Positions 59,085 to 64,000 of a stretch of DNA of 64,000 bases are shown piece by piece. The first letter of the stretch is position 1, and the number at the start of each line of letters is the position of its first letter. Where the stretch lies: assembly GCA_016866335.1 (NCBI GenBank), contig VGMT01000008.1, forward strand, positions 12,049 to 76,048, read 5' to 3'. Below the pieces are notes generated by a model. The model made no database searches. It was given only the letters and a program-made list of their open reading frames with translations, and had not been told where the DNA came from. A program made the translations under genes and the position numbers. This DNA is from Bacteroidota bacterium. Its GTDB lineage: Bacteria; Bacteroidota; Bacteroidia; CAIKAF01.

Positions 59085-60323
59085 ATGGCTGAAATAGTTC
59101 GGATGCCCAAATTAAGCGATACCATGACCGACGGTGTGGTAGCAGCATGGCATAAAAAGGTTGGTGAGAAAGTGAAAGCCGGCGATTTGTTGGCCGAAAT
59201 TGAAACCGATAAAGCCACCATGGAATTTGAAAGCTTCCAAGAAGGTGTTTTACTTTATATCGGAGTTGAAAAAGGTGGAACCGCCCCAGTGGATTCCATC
59301 TTGGCAATTTTGGGAAAGGAAGGTGAAGATGTTACTGGGCTGATTGCCAATGGCTCAACGCCGCCCGCAACTGCAACGGAAAATCCTGAGGTTTCAGTAG
59401 CTTCTTCCAATAGGGCAGTAGAACCTTCTACCCCTTCAGCTGCGCCTATTGCCAACCAAAGCATAGACATCAACAGCAACGATCGTCTTAAAGCCAGTCC
59501 ACTGGCAAAAAATATTGCTCGCGATAAAGGAATTGACCTTCGGTCTGTAACGGGTTCTGGGGATGGCGGACGCATTGTTAAGAAAGACTTAGAAAATGCA
59601 CCTGCTTTGGTTCCTGGTCCTTCATTCTCGGCTGCAGGTTCAACTCATAGCTACGAGGTCCCAGTATCGCAAATGCGGAAGACCATAGCCCGCCGATTGG
59701 GCGAAAGCAAATTCACAGCACCTCATTTCTATTTGACTATGGAAATTGACATGGACCAAGCTGTAGCCGCCCGAAACGTTCTGAAAAATTCAATGAATGT
59801 TTCGGTTTCGTTCAACGACCTGGTCATTAAAGCGGTTGCATTATCGCTAAGGAAGCATCCCGCCGTAAATTCAGCTTGGTTGGGTGACAAAATCCGTTTT
59901 CATGAGTATGTGAATATCGGGGTCGCTGTTGCCGTTCCCGAAGGGTTGGTAGTCCCAGTTTTGCAGCACGCTGACCAACGCTCTCTCTCTGAAATTTCAA
60001 CCGCTGTTCGTGATTTTGCACAACGTGCAAAGGAAAAGAAATTGCAAGCAGAAGAAATGCAAGGAAATACATTCAGCATTTCAAACCTAGGTATGTTTGG
60101 AATCAGCAATTTTACCGCCATCATCAATCCACCTGATTCTGCCATTTTGGCGGTGGGTGCCATTCGCCAAGAAGCCGTTGTTAAAAATGGAAACCTTGCC
60201 GTTGGCCACCGTATGTCGGTTACCTTGAGTTGCGACCATCGTTCTGTAGACGGTGCCACTGGTGCTGCCTTCCTACAAACTTTGAAAGCCATGCTGGAAG
60301 AACCCCTAATGATGCTCGTGTAA
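59085..60323 (+). CDS. dihydrolipoamide acetyltransferase (2-oxo acid dehydrogenase E2)
   Basis: A lipoyl domain (ETDKATME), a peripheral-subunit-binding domain (SPLAKNIARDKGIDL) and catalytic DHRSVDG are present. Confidence 0.8.
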   Translation: MAEIVRMPKLSDTMTDGVVAAWHKKVGEKVKAGDLLAEIETDKATMEFESFQEGVLLYIGVEKGGTAPVDSILAILGKEGEDVTGLIANGSTPPATATENPEVSVASSNRAVEPSTPSAAPIANQSIDINSNDRLKASPLAKNIARDKGIDLRSVTGSGDGGRIVKKDLENAPALVPGPSFSAAGSTHSYEVPVSQMRKTIARRLGESKFTAPHFYLTMEIDMDQAVAARNVLKNSMNVSVSFNDLVIKAVALSLRKHPAVNSAWLGDKIRFHEYVNIGVAVAVPEGLVVPVLQHADQRSLSEISTAVRDFAQRAKEKKLQAEEMQGNTFSISNLGMFGISNFTAIINPPDSAILAVGAIRQEAVVKNGNLAVGHRMSVTLSCDHRSVDGATGAAFLQTLKAMLEEPLMMLV

Positions 60324-60694
60324 TGCTGCGCACTCTGCTCCTTTTTGATGTTTCTGGAGGAGAGTTCATTTTAATTGTACTTGCCATTATATTGCTTTTC
60401 GGTTCCAAAGGAATTCCTGAAATTGCTAGGGTTGTAGGCAAAGGAATGCGGGAATTCCGAACCGCCACCGATACCATTAAACGAGAAATCTCTGAATCTG
60501 GCCAATCCATGAAGCAAGACCTGACCAATGAGGCGGTTCGGCCTTTTGATCAAGCTTTTTCTGACGAACATTATCTAAGTCCCCCCCCCAGCAGTTCCTA
60601 CGATGTCGATTTTCAAAGCAGCCCAAACAGCAAGCAGGAAGAAAACACCGACGAACAACCATCGCCAACCGACCTAGAAACACCAAACCCCTGA
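60323..60694 (+). CDS. tatA: twin-arginine translocase TatA/E family protein
   Basis: An N-terminal TM and amphipathic helix (ILIVLAIILLFGSKGIPEIARVVGKGMREFR) are followed by an acidic/Pro-rich tail. The ATG overlaps the E2 stop (TAATG). Confidence 0.6.
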   Translation: MLRTLLLFDVSGGEFILIVLAIILLFGSKGIPEIARVVGKGMREFRTATDTIKREISESGQSMKQDLTNEAVRPFDQAFSDEHYLSPPPSSSYDVDFQSSPNSKQEENTDEQPSPTDLETPNP

Positions 60695-60756
60695 TGTTCA
60701 ACCTTCATGGTAGTATCTTTTCTTTATTCCAACCTCATTTTTAATACTTTAGTGGT

Positions 60757-61458
60757 ATGAAAAACGCGCGCTATGCCGTAATTGGTCTTGGTCTTTTTGG
60801 CACTTCCATTGCCCGAGAATTAAGTCGTCGGGGAGCAGAAGTCCTCGCCATTGACAACGTCGAACACCAGGTTGAAGGAGTAAGTGGTGATGTGGCATTT
60901 GGAGTAACCATGGACGCCACCGATTTAAAGGCCCTGAAAGCTCAAAACATCCACGAAATGGACGCCGTTATTGTGGCCATTGGCGAAGGAAAATTTGATA
61001 CCATGCTGCTCTGTGTGGTTCTACTTTTGGAACTTAAGGTTAAACGAATCATCGCCAGGGCCGAAGGACCACGGCAAAGAATGATTCTTGAAAAAATTGG
61101 ATGCAAAGAAATTCTATCTCCCGAAGATGAAGTGGCTATGTTGGTCGCCGAGCGACTCATCAATCCCAACATCATTTATTATATGCCCCTTCCCGACAAT
61201 TATGAAATTGTTGAAATTAAAACCCCACCATCTGTGGCCAACCGCTCTTTGGCCGACATAAACCTGCGGAACCGTTACCAAATCGACTTAATTACCATTA
61301 AGCGCGAAGTGGCTCACGTAAATAGAGAGGGTTCTACCATTACCGAAAAACACATTTTGGGTGTGGTTGGTCAAGATACCATTTTACTTGCTACCGACAC
61401 ACTCCTTGTTTTTGGTATTGACCAAGACATTCAGCGCTTTATAGAAATCAATCAATAA
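60757..61458 (+). CDS. TrkA/KtrA-type potassium transporter NAD-binding regulatory subunit
   Basis: An RCK_N Rossmann domain (AVIGLGLFG) plus a TrkA_C domain are present. Confidence 0.72.
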   Translation: MKNARYAVIGLGLFGTSIARELSRRGAEVLAIDNVEHQVEGVSGDVAFGVTMDATDLKALKAQNIHEMDAVIVAIGEGKFDTMLLCVVLLLELKVKRIIARAEGPRQRMILEKIGCKEILSPEDEVAMLVAERLINPNIIYYMPLPDNYEIVEIKTPPSVANRSLADINLRNRYQIDLITIKREVAHVNREGSTITEKHILGVVGQDTILLATDTLLVFGIDQDIQRFIEINQ

Positions 61459-61556
61459 AATGAGCTGCCTTGTGCCTATCCGATAGCCAATTTTCATTTA
61501 AAAAAACAACCCATTTCTTACCTCCCTTTCGTATGTTTTGCTAATTTCACAGCAAA

Positions 61557-63659
61557 ATGACCCTTATGCTGCGGATTCGACTGGCGCTTGTTTGCTTAAC
61601 CTCTCTTTTTTCCCTTATCCAAGCCTTTTCTCAAAACCTGTGCTTAACAACCGAAATGGTTCAAAAAGCATTTCAAGCAGACCCTCACCTGCAAATTGAA
61701 TTCGAGGCCTTTAACCAATGGATTGCTGAACATGAATCTCAATTCATTCCAGGTTCGGAGGCCAATTATGTTATTCCTGTTGTGGTCCATGTTATTCACG
61801 ATAACGGTATGGAATATATTTCCGATGCTCAAATTGCCGACGCAATCAGCATTTTAAATGAAGATTTCAATAAATTGAACAGCGACGCAAATCAGGTTGT
61901 TTCCTCGTTCTTAAGCCGAGTTGGAAATGTGGGTTTTGAATTTCGATTGGCCAAAAAAGACCCCAATGGCAACTGCACCAACGGAATTACTCGAACACAA
62001 TCGTATTTGACCTACAACGCCGACGATAAAGCCAAAAGTGTTTCTTATTGGCCAAGAAACAAATACTACAACATTTGGGTAGTGAACAGCATCGAAAGTA
62101 GTGGTGGTGGAATTATTGGTGGATATGCATACTTGCCCGGTACAGCGCCCTCTGCAGCCACCGATGGTATCATTCTTGATAACCGCTACACCGGTAGCAT
62201 TGGCACGGCCGATGGATCCAATTTCAACGCGCGGGTAATTACGCATGAAACCGGACACTTTTTTGGCTGCCTGCACCCATGGGGATTTAATGCCTGCGGT
62301 TCAGGTTGCGGAGATGATTTGGTTGCCGATGTTCCTGCAACCAGCGGTTCATGCAACAACTGCAATCTTTCGCAAACCACCTGTGGCTCCCTAGATAACG
62401 TCGAGAATTTTATGGACTATGCCATGTGCTCAAAAATGTTCACCACCGGCCAGGCTTCACGAATGAACACCGTAATCAACACCAGTTCTGGTCAACGCAA
62501 TTCCCTGTGGCAAAGCGCCAACCTTATTGCCACCGGTACACAAACTGGTTTTACCCAAAATTGCGCTCCAATTGCCGATTTCCATGCCGAAAAAACAACA
62601 GCCTGCACCGGTTCTGCCCTTTTGCTTTCAGATCGAACTACCAACGCTACCCCCACCTCTTGGTCTTGGACCATCACCAATGGAACCCAAACCTTTACCT
62701 CTACCGACCAAAATCCCTACATCACATTTACGGCCCCAGGCGATTACAATGTAACCCTAACCGTTGGAGCTGTTGGTGGAACCAACTCCACAACCCGTCA
62801 AAAAGTGATCCGTATTTTTGATTCAAATTCCGACGACCAGAACTGGATCTACTTCGATACCTTTAATAACAACCCCTTAAATTATGGTCGCTGGACAGCC
62901 ACTTCAACACCCGATTCACCCTATGGCTGGGAAACCTCTTCGCAGGTTTTTTACACCTGGCCAAACTCCTTGAAAGTAAACAACAACGGTAGCCCTCTAG
63001 GCAAAAAATTCACCCTGATTAGTCCCTCTTACGATTTTTCAGCCCTGAATGGAAGCTTAAGAATGAGTTACCGATTCGCTTACGCTAAAAGAGCTACGGG
63101 TAGCGATGACCGCATGTTGATTTCAATTAGCAGCAACTGCGGCCAAACCTGGACACTTAGAAAAACATTAATGGCCAACGATTTGGCCTCAAGCGGAATT
63201 ACAACCGCCAATTTTATTCCAGCCTCGAAGGCCGACTGGCGCAGCGATTCCCTTACCGGAACCATGCTTCAACCTTGGGCAAATCGAACCAATGTACGCC
63301 TGAAATTCGAGTTTATTTCTGGCGGAGGCAACCACTTTTACCTAGACGACATCAACATTTCTGGGCCTCTGAGCATTGAAAATGAACCGAATGCCATTCT
63401 GCCCTTTAACCTATTCCCAAACCCGGCTCAGCGAACGGTTACATTGGCTTATTCTTTAGACCAACAAAGCCATTGTTCGATAGCCCTATTCGACTTAAGT
63501 GGCCGAGAATTGTTTGCTTGGTCAGACCTTGCCGGGTCCAAAACCTCAGGACAACATGCCCAAGAATTGCAAATTCCTGATCACATTCAGGCAGGCACTT
63601 ACCTTATTGGTTTAAACCTGAATGGCCAACAGCATCTACAACGCCTCATTCTGAATTAA
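61557..63659 (+). CDS. secreted M43 (pappalysin/ulilysin-type) zinc metalloprotease with T9SS C-terminal sorting domain
   Basis: A signal peptide, the zinc motif HETGHFFGCLH (HExxHxxGxxH), a Cys-rich segment and a PKD-like region are present. The C-terminal roughly 80 aa form a Por CTD. Confidence 0.7.
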   Translation: MTLMLRIRLALVCLTSLFSLIQAFSQNLCLTTEMVQKAFQADPHLQIEFEAFNQWIAEHESQFIPGSEANYVIPVVVHVIHDNGMEYISDAQIADAISILNEDFNKLNSDANQVVSSFLSRVGNVGFEFRLAKKDPNGNCTNGITRTQSYLTYNADDKAKSVSYWPRNKYYNIWVVNSIESSGGGIIGGYAYLPGTAPSAATDGIILDNRYTGSIGTADGSNFNARVITHETGHFFGCLHPWGFNACGSGCGDDLVADVPATSGSCNNCNLSQTTCGSLDNVENFMDYAMCSKMFTTGQASRMNTVINTSSGQRNSLWQSANLIATGTQTGFTQNCAPIADFHAEKTTACTGSALLLSDRTTNATPTSWSWTITNGTQTFTSTDQNPYITFTAPGDYNVTLTVGAVGGTNSTTRQKVIRIFDSNSDDQNWIYFDTFNNNPLNYGRWTATSTPDSPYGWETSSQVFYTWPNSLKVNNNGSPLGKKFTLISPSYDFSALNGSLRMSYRFAYAKRATGSDDRMLISISSNCGQTWTLRKTLMANDLASSGITTANFIPASKADWRSDSLTGTMLQPWANRTNVRLKFEFISGGGNHFYLDDINISGPLSIENEPNAILPFNLFPNPAQRTVTLAYSLDQQSHCSIALFDLSGRELFAWSDLAGSKTSGQHAQELQIPDHIQAGTYLIGLNLNGQQHLQRLILN

Positions 63660-64000
63660 TGGCCCTCGGAAAAATTGAACACCTAGGCATTGCCGTCCAC
63701 GACCTTCAAGCCTCGGAACACCTTTTCCAAACCCTTATTGGCCAGGCTCCTTACAAGCGAGAACGCGTAGATTCTGAAGGTGTAGAAACTTCCTTTTTTA
63801 TGGCTGGGAACAACAAAATTGAGTTGCTCGCCGCCACGAACCCAGAAAGCCCCATTCATCGATTTTTAGAAAAAAACGGAGAAGGTATTCACCATGTGGC
63901 TTTTCATGTCGACAACCTGCTTCAAGAAATTGAACGCCTAAAATTAGCCGGATTTACCGTGCTAAACGATTCGCCAAAACCAGGGGCCGACGGTAAACTC
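63659..64000 (+). CDS. mce: methylmalonyl-CoA epimerase (VOC/glyoxalase family), 3'-truncated by window end
   Basis: MALGKIEHLGIAVHDL...GEGIHHVAFHVDNL...PKPGADGKL matches the MCE pattern. The ATG overlaps the upstream stop (TAATG). Confidence 0.75.
   Translation, partial: MALGKIEHLGIAVHDLQASEHLFQTLIGQAPYKRERVDSEGVETSFFMAGNNKIELLAATNPESPIHRFLEKNGEGIHHVAFHVDNLLQEIERLKLAGFTVLNDSPKPGADGKL

Noticed and set aside
60230-60322. Longer TatA-like ORF start inside the E2 gene.
   Set aside because: The extension (MRPSFCRRCHWCC...) overlaps the E2 coding sequence in another frame. The TatA TM helix begins shortly after the ATG at 60323.
1-64000. CRISPR arrays, IS elements, integrases, prophage genes, rRNA/tRNA genes.
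   Set aside because: I saw no regularly spaced short direct repeats and no transposase or integrase-like ORFs. I also saw no tRNA T-arm/acceptor signatures or rRNA-like conserved stretches in any intergenic gap. The GC-rich repeats have no coding capacity, so they are not IS elements.

Overview
This is a 64 kb chromosomal segment from a low-GC Bacteroidota-type genome. That inference rests on gliding-motility genes gldF/gldG, three proteins with type IX secretion C-terminal sorting domains, and TAnnTTTG-type promoter boxes. It is densely coding with about 60 genes, and many junctions have overlapping stop/start codons (ATGA or TAATG). The replication genes dnaA (10792-12225, +) and dnaN (23259-24386, -) are both present but not adjacent. 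The rest is mostly core metabolism: gpmA, pckA, gltA, accC, pnp-rpsO, serA/serC, aroB/aroA, pdhA/E2, ribF, thiolase, proline dehydrogenase and mce. There are also envelope and secretion genes: two S41 CtpA paralogs, SppA, NlpC/P60, an MMPL/RND exporter, an AI-2E transporter and TatA. No rRNA, tRNA, CRISPR array, transposase or integrase was recognised. Three things are not ordinary housekeeping. (1) A family of about 150 nt GC-rich long-hairpin elements occurs four times (about 17521-17690, 20197-20351, 32455-32606, 49360-49503), always just 3' of gene ends and mostly between convergent genes, with compensatory base changes between copies. (2) A locus has a divergently transcribed HTH-WYL-WCX regulator (16385-17494) facing an operon. 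That operon holds a 562-aa AAA+ ATPase with an uncharacterised ~330-aa N-terminal domain and a non-canonical Walker B motif (14661-16349), followed by an MMPL/RND exporter (12333-14657). This resembles defense- or stress-system regulation by BrxR/CapW/PafBC-type regulators. (3) A ~700 bp gene-free region (48808-49509) carries a Bacteroidota-type promoter, several perfect palindromes and hairpins, and one copy of the GC-rich element. It is a candidate structured non-coding RNA locus that I could not assign to a known family. All functional calls come from reading the translated ORFs by eye, with no searches run, so product names are family-level.
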